A stretch of 64,000 bases of DNA from Squalus acanthias (taxonomy: Eukaryota): NCBI GenBank assembly GCA_030390025.1, contig CM059431.1, positions 116,252,001 through 116,316,000 on the forward strand, written 5' to 3'. Both the position numbers and the translations under genes were made by a program. The notes under the pieces were generated by a model. That model did no database searches and was not told the origin of the DNA. It saw only the letters and a list, made by a program, of their open reading frames with translations. Below, one piece after another: positions 12,592 to 25,517 of the stretch (positions are counted from its first letter, which is position 1; each line of letters opens with the position of its first letter).

Positions 12592-14479
12592 GCTGATGTC
12601 ATAGATGGCAGGTCAAGTCGAGTTTAGAGAAGCAATCTGTCAATGGTGTGATAGGTAGTAGCAAAGAGGTGACAGTGGGTTCCAAATTTGCAGAAAAGAC
12701 TGGCAAACTCTAGAGACCTAAAACTGTGATGCAAAAACACTCAGCAACAGCATTTCCCTTAGGAAAGTAAGCAGGTGTCAGGTGGTAGTATTTATTGTAC
12801 TTTCCATGCTCTGCAGTAATGACCACTGAATGGCCACCGAACTTCTGCCTCAGTTTGACAGACGTGGTTCCCGAGCTGCATGATTCCCGTGGTCCTGCAG
12901 TGAAATTGAAAAGCTATGTTTAACAAGATGGTTAAGGGTCTGACAACAAGCTGATAATGATCTAAATTAGGTCGCCCGCCTCTGCTGTTCGGGTCACTGC
13001 CGCGCTGGCAAACGGGCCCAGGTTAAACGCGCGAGGATGCGGGATGATGGCGAGTTCCCGACTCGCTCCTATTTATTTCCACTTTCACTCCTAACCCGCC
13101 TCCAATCCCTCATGCACGGACGAATTAAAATTCCGGTCATTGTCACTGTCAAGCTCATATATGGAGAAAGGCCTTGTGGTCTAGATATCAGATGACTGCT
13201 AGCTCCCACGGGACTGCAACCAAGCAAGGATCAGTGCTTTCAGCAAGGCAAAAAGGATTCGATAATTTTTCAGGCAGCCACCATCATTAGCAGCTAGCAT
13301 AGTGTAAACCTCATTACTTTTGGGGAAAGTGGCATTGCTACATTTCTGAGATCATTAGAGACTGGACCATAGCATATTATAATTAGTTTAAAAGGGTCTA
13401 GAGGTTAGTATGCCACACTTGGAAAACCACTGAAATAAGGTATTAGACATTTTTAATAAACCAGCAGGTGTGACTCAAAACATAGAACTATGTTAATGTT
13501 GTTAGTTAACGTAGGATGATTGCACACTTCAGATGTACAAAGAATCTTTTCATGTCTGTGGATAAATTTACAAGTAATAACTAATTTAAATAGTCTCATT
13601 AAAATTTGAATCCTAACTTCATGCATGTCTACTTAACACTTTTAAAATATTAATTCATTGAATCTTAAGAACTTGACTGCAGGAAAGATATATATATATT
13701 GTAAAAATTTTTGGAAGAACAATTTGTTTGTAACCAGACACAGCTTACCTTTAGGAAACACGTTTGATTTAACATTAACACAGTGGTACAAGAGTCAAAA
13801 GATGAAGACAGTTAGAAATATTTGAGGGTATAGATAACCGTGCTGAAGGAGGACAGGTCTGGCAAATTCTTTCAGCAGGGTTCGAATGGAGAGAAGTGGA
13901 AAACTCTCTCAACACGTGGACAGATCACCCTCGCCTGGTTGGGGTGGGCTCTGCAACAGGTGGGTGATCCGCTCTGTCAGATTACCACCCAGGCAATGAA
14001 GAAGATTTACCCCATGGTTTCCATTGGTCGACAACCTTCCCTCGCATGCTGAGAACATTTGACGTTTTTTTGTTGTCCCACTGGTTCAGCATTAACGTCT
14101 TGTACACCACTTTGCTGAAGGTGATCGGCCACTGACTCCATCATGTCCAGCACTAGACTCTGGGGCTGGAAATTCATCACAGCCCAGGAATGGGAGGTAT
14201 CATTAGAAAAGTTGGAGAATTAGCACCAGGCACTAATGCTTTAGACTGCACGCAAAATTCGTGCTGACTGCTCAAAGAAATGATTGGAGCGCTAATTCAA
14301 GTCTTTAAGCCCAAGCTCATTGGCATTACACTCAAAGGGTGGACCAATAGCAGGAGCAGTCTAATCGCAAGTCATAAATGCAACAGGCTTTTTTCAGTTC
14401 TTAAAGGGGAGGTTCATTGAAGCCGCAGAACCTCATTCTCAGCATTGCTGGCTGTGCAGCTGCCTCAGCAAGCAGCAGC

Positions 14480-16228
14480 AGGTCAAGCAGAAGGAGCCGG
14501 AGAACTGAACCACGCCCCAGATTCTGCGATCGAGCATTGGAGGAGTTAGTGTTCGCTGTGGAGAGACGGAGGGCGGTGCTGTACCCGGCAAGTGGCAGGA
14601 GGCCCTCGCCGCAAGTCTTCTGCACCATGTGGAGGGAGGTAGCGCAGCACGGCTCGGGCAGCACTGTGGTCCTCAGGACCCACACACAGTGCAGGAAGAA
14701 ATTTAATGTCCTCACTCAGGTGGTCAGGGAGAGTGAATGCTTCAACAAATGCTACATACCACCATCTGAACCCCAGTCTGCACACACTGCCCAAAGCACC
14801 ACACCCCCAGCACTCACCCGCCAACAATCTCTACCTACCAACACTCACACCCACATCTCACACCTTGCACACAATGACAGCTATTCAACTATGGCAGGCA
14901 CATCACCCAGACACATTGCTCCACACTCACTCACACACTTTCCTCTCTCTGGCAGGCCAAGGTGGCTCACAACAGGAGGGAGCAGGAGCACACAGGCGGA
15001 GGACAAGCCGACACCCTACCACTGTCTGTGCTGGAAAATAGAGTGTTGCACATTATTGGGCGCCAGGTCATGGGCGCTGTGGCCACTGGCAACGTTGACC
15101 CTCTTGGGGACAACAATGGTATGTTCATCCCTACTCCTTCTTCTCACATCCCACTTCCCCTTCACCCGACAAACGTTTCGCACTTTCCAGCTAATCATGC
15201 TGTATGCATGCATTTCTCCTTTCCTGCCCCCCTCCCCTCAGTATAACACAACCCTTTTGCCTTTATGCTTTCAGATAATGAGCAAGCACCTGAGCAGCCT
15301 GTCCCTGTGGGCACCGTAGAGAGCGAGGCAGGAGAATAGGACGAGAAAAAACACACCGTGTCACTGCATGTCTCACCCGCAGGTATCAGCTCAGATACTG
15401 GCGCTATGCGTTCTCTAGAGACTAGTATAGTAGCGGGATTTGCACAGGGTGCGGCACCGGGGATGAGTGGGCTGCAGCAAGGCCAGGGGGAAATGGTAGC
15501 TTGGGGGCCAGCTCCCTGGAGGGTGAGTTCTGCTGCACAGGACTCAGATGAGGACCTCGATGGGGAGGCGTTCAGAAGAAAGGAGATGGACAGGCACACG
15601 AAGATGATAGGTGCAATGGCAAGGGTGCCCGAGAGCCTCTCGGCAATGATAAGGAGCGTGGAGGAGTCCACCTCCGACATTGCACAAGGCTCTGCGCACA
15701 CCATGGAGCCCATCATTTCCAGTCTGCAAAGGATGGTAGAGTCCCAGAGAGACCGTGGCGACCCAGACCTGATGCCGCTTGTGATGGGCGATCTGACAGC
15801 TTCCATTGCAGCACAGGCAGAAGCGACACAATGTCTTAGTGCTGTAATGCATTCTATACTTGGCATCCAATCTCAGACCGGGGGAGTGGCAGTGGGTCAG
15901 TGGAGCAAGAACCTGCTGTCCTCTCTCAGGATGACAGCATTCCTGCTCCCATCGCTGGCACTCCGCCATTGCCCTTGCTGCGGGGCCTGTCATCCAGCCA
16001 GCCCAGACTGCTGCCGCCCATGCTGAGGTGGTGCAGTCTACAGCTGGGCCTTCCAGGCCCAGAGCTGGTAGAGGGTGTCCTGCAAGGCCATCTGAAGTCT
16101 CCCGCACGGACACTCAGCAGCCTTCCACCAGTCGTGCTGCAGCCACTGGGCCAACACCTCATAGGAGCACTAGAATAGGCAAAGGCACAGTTATGACAGG
16201 CACTAAGGGATTGCACAAGGGTGAATAG
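14480..16228 (+). pseudogene. Harbinger Myb/SANT gene remnant (3-exon layout)
   Basis: PRFCDRALEELVFAVERRRAVLYP..RTHTQCRKKFNVL, AKVAHNRREQEHTGGG, and exon-3 homology to 2956-3902 with a stop and frameshifts. Confidence 0.8.
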
Positions 16229-16393
16229 TTAATATTTTTGTTGTAAATATGCGTTCACTGATTTTTGATAAATTTATTAATTCAGTTTGGATTCTTTTGT
16301 GGTGTGTCTCATTTCCGCTTTGTGCTGTGATATGGCCTGCAACAGGGATGGAATGATGGGGATGTGGTGAGCAATGGGGATCTGGGGTTTAAT

Positions 16394-17590
16394 TCATTTG
16401 AACTGCAGTCTGATGAGGCGGTCACGGACCGCCCTTCCGGAAAGCCGATTGAGTGGCTGCCTCCTCCCTTGCTCCTGTTCCTCCTCCTCCTCATCCTCCT
16501 CGTCGTCCTCCTCGTCTTCCTCTTCCTCCTCATCCTCCTCCACTCCTCTTTCTCCTCCTGAGGTGGTCCCGCAATCCTTGGTGGCAAGGGCTGGGCCCTC
16601 ATGATGGCCAAGTTGTGGAGCATGAGGCAGACACCAAAAATGGGACACCTGCTCAGCCGAGTACTGGAGGGCTCCTCCCGAGTGGTCAAGGCAGCGGAAC
16701 CGTTGCTTCAGCAGGCCGATGGTCTACTCGATGATGTTCCTGGTGGCAGCATGGCTCTCATTATATGTCTTGGGGTTGCGGAGAGGAGTCATGAGCCAGG
16801 TGGAGAGCGGCTAGCCCTTGTCTCCGACCAGCCAGCCGCGAGCTTGATGTGGTGGCTGGAAGAGTGCTGGCACACCGGTCTGGCGCAGGATGAAGGCATC
16901 GTGGCTGCTGCCAGGATAGCGGGCATTCACATTGAGGATTTGCTGTCTGTGGTCGCCCACCAACTGCACATTAAGTGAGTGGTGGCCTTTGCGGTTACGA
17001 AGATCTCAGAATTGTTATGCGGTGTCCGCAAAGCCATGTGGGTACAGTCAATGGCACCCTGCACCATAGGGAATCCCGCTATCCTGGTAAAGCCACATGC
17101 ACGCTCGTCCCGCTTCTTTCTGTGGATGGGGAAGGAAATGTAATCTCTTCTTCTACTGTAGAGAGTCTCTGTGACCGCCCCAATACAGCGATGGACGGCA
17201 AACTGCGAGATGTTCGCTGTGTCTCCTGTTGCAGACTGGAAGGATCCACTGGCGAAGAAATTGAGGGTGACGGTGACCTTGACTGCCACTGAGAGAGCCG
17301 TGGTCGCCCTGATCTGAGGCTGGAGGTCTGGTTGCAGGAGGTGGCAGAGTTCTGTGACCACCTCCTTGGTGAAGCGGTGCCTTTTAATATACTGCTCTTT
17401 GCTTAATTGAAGGTAGGAGAAATGCTCTCAGAATACCCTCGAGGGTAAGGCCTCATGTTGGGAGCTCTGATGACCCTCCTCCTCCCTCTGGCAACATGTT
17501 CCAGTCTTTCTTGCTGCCTCCGCTGCCTCCGCTCCCTCCACCGTAGATGCTGGAGGGCGAGGTCGACTGCCAGTACAGCACCCATTAATG
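16394..17590 (-). pseudogene. Harbinger transposase pseudogene
   Basis: VTELCHLLQPDLQPQ...GAIDCTHMAL nearly identical to 4214-5374. Frameshifted. Acidic C-terminal tract retained. Confidence 0.88.
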
Positions 17591-18671
17591 TAACCAAGTG
17601 TAGCAGTTTGATTTTTTTAAGAATAAATGTGCTACTTTAGTTGCCACAACACTCCTGATACTAAATAACATTGAAAATACGGAATGAGACTGTTGCACAA
17701 TGTCAAATTGACAAGAAAGCACTGAAACTCCACTAACTTACAGCTGCTACTCATTACTGATGATCCCTTTAAATAATGTTCCTGGAGCTGTTTTCATGTT
17801 GTTTCACGTCAGCTCTCCCTGTCGCTGTTTCCTTCAAGTGCTAAGATAGGTGGCGACAAACAATTTAGCAGATTGGGTGGTCAGTGAGCGTTGCACACTC
17901 ACTGACGTTACGGTCCACCTGGCGTTGAGGCTCCCGGCGATAACTGTTAGCGACGGCACTGCGGGGGGGGGGGGGGTGCAGGACTTGACGCTGGCACTAA
18001 CAGGAGGCGCTAAGGTACTGAATTATTCCCCCGTGTTCTCTTCTGCCGGCTTCCTCCTCCATCCACTCCCCTGTTGAGAAATTTAGCCCACCCCATCCCC
18101 TCTGAGAATTTGCTAGCTCTGTCCCCTCCAAATTCATTAGTTTTCCAGACACCTCCCCTATCCCCTTATCCATTTCCTTTTCCTAACCACCTTCTCTTCA
18201 TTTACCCCCTTCCCCGCTCTTTACTTCTCCCCTTTCCCCTGCACTCCTCTATCATATACCTTCCCTCCTCTCTCCCTCTTCCTTTCGACCTCTCAATCCC
18301 ACATCATTTCTCCTTTATATTTCCCCCACCTTAGTCCAAATATCCACCTGTCCTATCACCCTGCTTCATTTTAATACTAAACTTAGTCTTGCCACACCGT
18401 CTGTAAAGCCACAGATCAACCAGTAAATATAGAAATTTTCCCATTTGTCAGAACCATGTGCTAACTCCCAGCAGCTGGTTACTGAGACACATGGGCAGAG
18501 ACCTGGGAGAAAACCTTCAACACATTGCCTTGGCTGGAGACAGCTAGGAAGATTTCAGAAAGAAAGCAATAAATTATAATAAAAAGAACTTAGAAAAAAA
18601 ACCATTTAGGATGATATATGCTGACTTTGCTTATATGACCAGAGAAACAAATTCATAGAATCTTACAGAAG

Positions 18672-19290
18672 GCGAACTCCTCCATGCTCCTTGACATTGC
18701 CAAGAGGCTTTCTGGCAGGCTTGCCATTGCACCTAGCAATTCGGTGTGTATGCCCATCACTCTTCTTTTGAAGGCCTCCCCATCAAGGTCCTAATTTGAG
18801 TCCTGTGCAGAGGAAAGCGCACGCGAACCTGCCCTCTGGGGAGCTGGCCCCTGAGCTACCCTATCCCCCTGGCGTTGCTGCAGCCCACTCGTGCCCGGTG
18901 TCTCACCCTGTGCAGATCCCACTTCTAAACTAGCCTCTAAAATACGCGCAGTGCCAATTTCTGACCTGGTGTCTGCGAGTGACACCACTCCTCTTCTTCG
19001 CCCCTCACTCTTGTGCATCGCCTCAGGAACAGGCCGCTCGGGTGCTTGGTCTTGATTATCTGAAAGCAGAAAGGCAAAAGAGTCGGGTTATGGCGGGGGT
19101 GGGGAGAAGCATGATATGCATGCATACAGCATTAGCAGCTTGAAAGTGAGAAGAGATTGTGGGCTGAGGGGGAAGTGGGATGTGAGAAGGATTAGGAATG
19201 AGCATACCGTTGTTGTCCCCAAGGGGTTCAACCTCGCCGATTGCCACAGACTCTATTATCTGCCGCCCAATGATCTACAGTAATCTCTCC
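18672..19290 (-). pseudogene. Fragment of Harbinger Myb gene (exon 2, intron, exon 3)
   Basis: GEVEPLGDNNG and intron text match 15060-15300; exon-3 homology to 15400-15680. Confidence 0.65.
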
Positions 19291-19304
19291 TGCACCTGGC
19301 TGAA

Positions 19305-22300
19305 GTCAAGAATGGAATTACCGCCCAATAAGTCTACTCTCAATCATCAGCAAAGTGATGGAAGGTGTTGTTGACAGTGCTATCGAGTGGCACTTACTCA
19401 CCAATAACCTGCTCACCGATGCTCAGTTTGGGTTCCGTCAGGACCACTTGGCTCCAGACCTCATTACAGCCTTTATCCAAACATGGACAAAAGAGTTAAA
19501 TTCCAGAGGTGAGGTGAGAGTGACTGCCCTTAACATCAAGACAGCATTTGACCGAGTGTGGCATGAAGGAGACCTAGTAAAATTGAAGTCAATGCGAATC
19601 GGGGAAGAAGTCTCCACTGGCTGGAATCATACCTAGCACAAAAGAACATAAGAACATAAGAACATAAGAAATAGGAGCAGGAGTAGACCAATCGGCCCCT
19701 CGAGTCTGCTCCGCTATTCAATGAGATCATGGCTGATCTGATCCAACCTCAACTCTAAAGAACACAAGAAGTAAGAGCAGGACCAGGCCACTTGGCCCCT
19801 GGGCCCGCTCCGCCACCCACAGGGCCTTGACCGATCCGAACTCAAACTCATGTCCAATTTCCAGCCCGCTCCCCATCACCCCTGATTCCCTTTACTTCTA
19901 GGAAACGGTCTATTTCTGTTTTAAATTTATTTAATGAAGTAGCTTCCACAGCTTCCTGGGGTAGCAAATTCCACAGACCCACTACCCTCTGAGTGAAAAA
20001 GTTTCTCCTCATCTCAGTTTTAAAAGAGGAGCCCCTTATTCTAAGATTATGTCCCCTAGTTCTAGTTTCACCCATCATTGGGAACATCCTCACCGCGTCC
20101 ACCCGATCAAGCCCCTTCACAATCTTATATGTTTCAATAAGATCGCCTCTCATTCTTCTGAACTCCAATGAGTAGAGTCCCAATCTACTCAACCTCTCCT
20201 CGTATGTCCACCCCCTCATCCCCGGAATTAACCAAGTGAACCTTCTTTGTACTGCCTCGAGAGCAAGTATGTCTTTTCTTAAGTATGGACACCAAAACTG
20301 TATGCAGTACTCCAGGTGCGGTCTCACCAATACCCTATACAACTGCAGCAATACCTCCCTGTTTTTATATTCTATCCCCCTAGCAATAAAAGCCAACATT
20401 CCATTGGCTTTCTTGATCACCTGCTGCACCTGCATACTAACTTTTTGATTTTCTTGCACCAAGACCCCCAGATCCCTTTGTACTGCAGTACTTTCCAGTT
20501 TCTCGCCATTAAGATAATAACTTGCTCTCTGATTTTTCCTGCCAAAGTGCATAACCTCACATTTTCAATATTGTATTGCATTTGCCAAATCTCTGCCCAC
20601 TCACCCAGCCTGTCTATATCCCCTTGTAGGTTTTTTATGTCCTCCTCACTCTCTACTTTCCCTCCCATCTTTGTATCATCTGCAAACTTTGATATGTTAC
20701 ACTCGGTCCCCTCCTCCAAATCGTTAATATAGATTGTAAAGAGTTGGGGACCCAGCACCGACCCCTGCGGAACACCACTGGCTACTGGTTGCCAGTCCGA
20801 GAATGAACCATTTATCCCAACTCTCTGCTTCCTTTTAGATAACCAATCCTCCACCCATGCCAGAATATTACCCCCAATCCAGTGATTTTTTATCTTGAGT
20901 AATAATCTTTTATGTGGCACCTTGTCGAATGCCTTCTGGAAGTCTAAATACACTACATCCACTGGTTCCCCTTTATCCACCCTGTACATTATGTCCTCAA
21001 AGAACTCGAGCAAATTTGTCAGACATGACTTCCCCTTCATAAAGCCATGCTGACTTTGTCCTATTAAATTATGTTTATCTAAATGTTCCGTTACTGTCTC
21101 CTTAATAATAGACTCCAAAATTTTACCCACCACAGATGTTAGGCTAACTGGTCTATAATTTCCAGCCTTCTGCCTACAACCCTTTTTAAATAAGGGTGTT
21201 ACATTAGCAGTTTTCCAATCTGCCGGGACCTTTGCTGAGTTCAGGGAGTTTTGGAAAATTATTACCAAAGCATCCACAATTCCTACTGCCACTTCCCTCA
21301 ACACCCTAGGATGTAAGCCATCAGGTCCAGGGGATTTATCCGCCTTGAGTCCCATTATTTTACTGAGTACCAATTCCTTAGTGAATTTAATCGTATTTAG
21401 CTCCTCCCCCACTAGAGCCCCCTGTTTGTCCAGTGTTGGGATATTCTTAGTGTCCTCTACCGTAAAGACTGAAACAAAATATTTGTTCAGCATTTTTGCC
21501 ATCTCCATGTTTCCCACCATTAATTTCCCGGTCTCATCCTCTAAGGGACCTACGTTTGCCTTAACCACCCTTTTTCTTTTTATATAACTATAGAAACTCT
21601 TGCTATCTGTTTTTATATTTTTTGCTAATTTATTTTCATAGTCTATTTTCCCTTTCTTAATCAATCCTTTAGTTACTTTTTGTTGTCTTTTGAAGACTTC
21701 CCAATCTTCTATCCTCCCACTAACTTTGGCTACCTTATATGTCCTTGTTTTTAGTTGGATACTTTCTTTAATTTCTTTACTTAGCCATGGATGGCTGTCA
21801 TTTCTTTTACACCCTTTTTTCCTCAGTGGAATATATTTATTTTGAAAGTTGTAAAATAACTCCTTTAATGAACACCACTGCTCATGTACCGTCTTACCCT
21901 TTAATCTATTTTCCCAGTCCACTTTAATCAATTCTGCTCTCATGCCATCATAGTCTCATTTATTCAAGCTCAGTATGCTTGTTTGAGAACCAACCTTCTC
22001 ACCCTCTAATTGGAAGGTGGTTGTAGTTGTTGGAGGTCAATCATCTCAGCCCCAGAGCATCGCTGCAGGAGTTCCTCAGGGCAGTGTCCTGGGCCCAACC
22101 ATCTTCAGCTGCTTTATCGATGACCTACCCTCCGTCATAAGGTCAGAAGTGGGGATGTTCGCTGATGATTGCACAGTGTTCAGTTCCACTCGCAACTCCT
22201 CAGATAATGAAGCAGGCCATGCCCGAATGCAGCAAGACCTGGATAACATTCAGGCTTAGGCTGACAAGTGGCAAGTAACATTCGCGCCACACAAGTACCA

Positions 22301-23050
22301 GGCAATCTCCAACAAGCGAGAGTCTAACCACCGCCCCTTGTCATTCAATGGCATTACCATCACCGAATCCCCCACAATCAACATCCTGGGTGTCACCATT
22401 GACCAGAAAATTTACTGGACCAGCCACATAAATACTGTGGCAACAAGAGCAGGTCAGAGGCTGGGTATTCTGTCGCGTGTCTCACCTCCTGACTCCCCAA
22501 AGCCTTTCCACCATCTACAAGACACAAGTAAGGAGTGTGATGGAATACTCTCCACTTGCCTGGATGAGTACAGCTCCAACAACACTCAAGAAGCTCGACA
22601 CCATCCAGGACAAAGCAGCAAGCTTGATTGGCACCCCATCCACCACCTTAAACATTCACTCCCTCCATCACTGGCGCAACGTGTCTGCAATGTGTACCAT
22701 CTACAAGATGCACTGCAGCAACTCGCCAAGGCTTCTTCGGCAGCACCTCCCAAACCCTCTACCACCTAGAAGGACAAGGGCAGCAGGCGCATGGGAACAC
22801 CATCACATGCAAGTTCCCCTCCAAGTCACACACCATCCTAACTTGGAAATATATTGCCATTCTTTTATCGTTGCTGGGTCAAAATCCTGGAACTCCCTCC
22901 CTAACAGCACTGTGGGAGTACCTTCACCACATGGACTGCAGCGGTTCAAGAAGGCGGCTCACCACCACCTTCTCAAGGGCAACTAGGGATGGGCAATAAA
23001 GACTGGCCTTGCCAGTGATGCTCATTTCCCAGGAATGAATTAAAAAAAAG
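19305..23050 (+). mobile_element. CR1/L2-group LINE (family B), split by a younger CR1: pieces 19305-19641 and 22012-23050
   Basis: QFGFRQ..AFDRVWH upstream of the insert continues as GVPQGSVLGPTIF, FADD, ILGVTID and MEYSPLAW downstream. 3' end with AATAAA and A tail. Confidence 0.85.
19642..22011 (-). mobile_element. 5'-truncated CR1 LINE, ORF2 RT with one frameshift (ORFs 20417-21943 and 19848-20552)
   Basis: KSPGPDG, NYRPVSLTS, QHGF, LDFQKAFD, GVPQGSVLGP, KFADDTK, RPHLEYC and FFTQRVV motifs; (TTCTTATG)n tail. Confidence 0.92.
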
Positions 23051-23830
23051 TAGCTTGCCCCCCCAACTAAGAAGATGGGGTGTGGGGGGGGGGGGGATCA
23101 AAAGTGGATTTTTCTATGAAAATACAAAAAACTTGAATGCAAGACAAGAACCAATGTGTGTCACAGGCTGAACCAAGTAGAAGTGGCAAAAACTCATAAT
23201 GTGGGCAAAACCACTTTTTCCATTAGTCTGGAAATTAACGTGTATGATGTTAAATCCATTCGTGGGTCACTGCAATCCAGTTTAAAATGTATCGAAAATG
23301 CCTATGACAACCTATCTCTGAGGTGATTCATTATAAAAATGTTCACTTTACATGCAGTAACTGTTATGCTTGTAGTGCTAGAATGAGTGATTTCAAAGTT
23401 AACTGTCATAAAATGTTAGATAATAACTGGTATTACACACATGATTTGAGTCTCCGTGCATTTCTGCACTCTGACCAGACATTGCGAGTTTGTTGTCCTA
23501 CACCCTCTCCCCCCCACTCTACCCAAGGTTTGATATACCAATCTCCTCCCCAGTTGGGAGTGTTGGGGTGCCCTCTCCCCACAATTAGGTAGTTTCCCTG
23601 TCTTTGCTCCCTCGTCCTCACTGCTATCTCTGTTCCTTCCCACTCCGCTCCCCTGCTCCCCTTCTCCTATTCCTGTTCCTCTCCTTTTTCCCCCCTGCCT
23701 CTCCATTTTTTATCCTCCTCCTCGCCCCTCCCTCTCTCATTCCTGCCTCTGCCCTTTTCTTCCTTTATTCCCCTACTCCCCACTTGCCCCTTGCATTGGG
23801 CCAATTATCCTTCCCACCCTCTTACTCCAC

Positions 23831-25513
23831 TGTAAAGTTTCGCAATTATCGCGATTCAAAATAACGAAAGAGAAACAGATTCGTTTGACCAGTTTATTTA
23901 AATGAAATGCTGTCATGATTATAAAGGACACAGAAGCCTGTAAAATGGCCGCCACGCATCGTGGCAGAAGCTTCCAGAATTTCAGTGGGCAGACAAGATG
24001 GCGTTCGAATATACATTTCAAATATAAGACGGGATCATACTCGATGAGCACTGATAAAGACAGGATGCAACCTGTTTGCATTTGTGACAATAGCAAAAGA
24101 TATAAGTGCTGGAATCGTTTTCCATGCACAAGTAAGGACCATTGTACTGGGCAATCGAAGGCCCATCCAGACACATCAATACACAAATACCCCCACGGCT
24201 CTACAATGAGAGAGCCATTCTCGGGTGATTAAACAAGCATTCGGGGGCCCCCAAAACCAGTCAGGTAGATGATTCATACGATCCTGGCTGGGCCAACAAT
24301 GGGGAAAACATTAACGGGTAGTTGGCCAGTTTCAGGTGCTACCGAAACCTGTTAAGGACAAGAATCGCCCCATGCTGGGAGTTTTGAGCGCCAATATTTC
24401 ACAAAGGACAAACATTAAGATTTGGGTGGGAGATAAGGGAACACAGCACTATAACTATAGTGAACAAATGTCCATCGCGCTCTTATTCTCTTATCTCGCT
24501 GCTGACTGCGGAGGGTTTATTCTCTTATTCGCTTGTGACTTCATGGACTGGCTTGACTGGTGAGCTTCTGTGTTTTCTCTGGACTCTGTTGACTATGTTG
24601 GGTGGAGCTCAAACGGAACGAGCCGCCTCAACGAGGGCCAGTGACCGGGTGCACCATCCCGAGGGTCGGTAAACGGTGTCTGGACCCGAAGGCCCGAAGA
24701 GACGAGACGAGACGAGAAGAAGAGGAGAAGAATCCACGTGCCGCCACGGTCAGTAAACCCCGACCATGCCCGAAAATACACGAAATAACTTTTCATTGAA
24801 GTCCCCCGACAACCGGTGTCGGGGACAGGGAGACTCTTTTTCGAATTCTACCGGCAACCGGTGTCGGACACAGGAAGACTCTCCTTCGAACCGTGTCCGA
24901 GTTCTGTCGAGTTCTTCTTGACAACGGGGAGCCTGGCCTGCTTGCCGCAGCAGCGAAGATAAACAAGTGGGGTACAGAGACCCCTCAAAACACGTGACAG
25001 TCAGGCGCTGCAGCGAAACGAGCCGAGTGCCTCACTTTAAAAAATTCTCCGAAGTATCACGAGTGGTGAGCATGTTTCCCGATCCTACAAATCTAGATGT
25101 AGTGTAGGTATTGATAGGGGAGGGTGGTTTTATTAAGGATAAAGTATAATGTGTTCCCCTTTTTACGATATGCCGTGCGTTCTTCATTACCATAGACCAA
25201 GCTTTATGAATGTATGTATACTTGTACTCTCGTTAATTTGCGCCTATGACATGTACTTCATGATCTTGAACGCTATGCAGTAAAGATTTCCATTTCGTAC
25301 TATTCAACCGGGTCTATTTGAGTATTTCTCTGCATTACTGCTCTCGCACCTAAGTCCAGTCTCAGAACCGTAAGGGCGAGTGGGTCGAACCACTCACAGG
25401 TGCTTATTGCAACAAGGCTGGCCGGAGACCAGAGCAAGCAATAGTATTAGGCAACGAAGGCCTAACCTCGCACCAGCACCGTCTGCGATACAAGCACGAC
25501 ACAAACCCTTACA
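23831..25513 (+). repeat. 5' LTR (1683 bp)
   Basis: Colinear direct repeat of 34887-36569 (offset 11056), TG...CA ends. Confidence 0.97.
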
Positions 25514-25517
25514 GAGA

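Larger units (their letters stand above)
7913..13138. mobile_element. Decayed autonomous-type Harbinger transposon interrupted by an RTE LINE
   Basis: TIR GGCTGGAATTTT / AAAATTCCGGTC, ATT TSD on both sides. Contains Myb and transposase remnants in the same convergent layout as 1702-5884. Confidence 0.75.
14162..18032. mobile_element. Decayed Harbinger transposon related to 1702-5884
   Basis: Degenerate TIRs (GGGGCTGGAAATTCA / TGAATTATTCCCCC) enclosing Myb (+) and transposase (-) pseudogenes. Confidence 0.8.

Noticed and set aside
18040..18340. Pyrimidine-rich ORF, also at 23600-23830
   Set aside because: Low-complexity CT-rich tracts with no coding signal.
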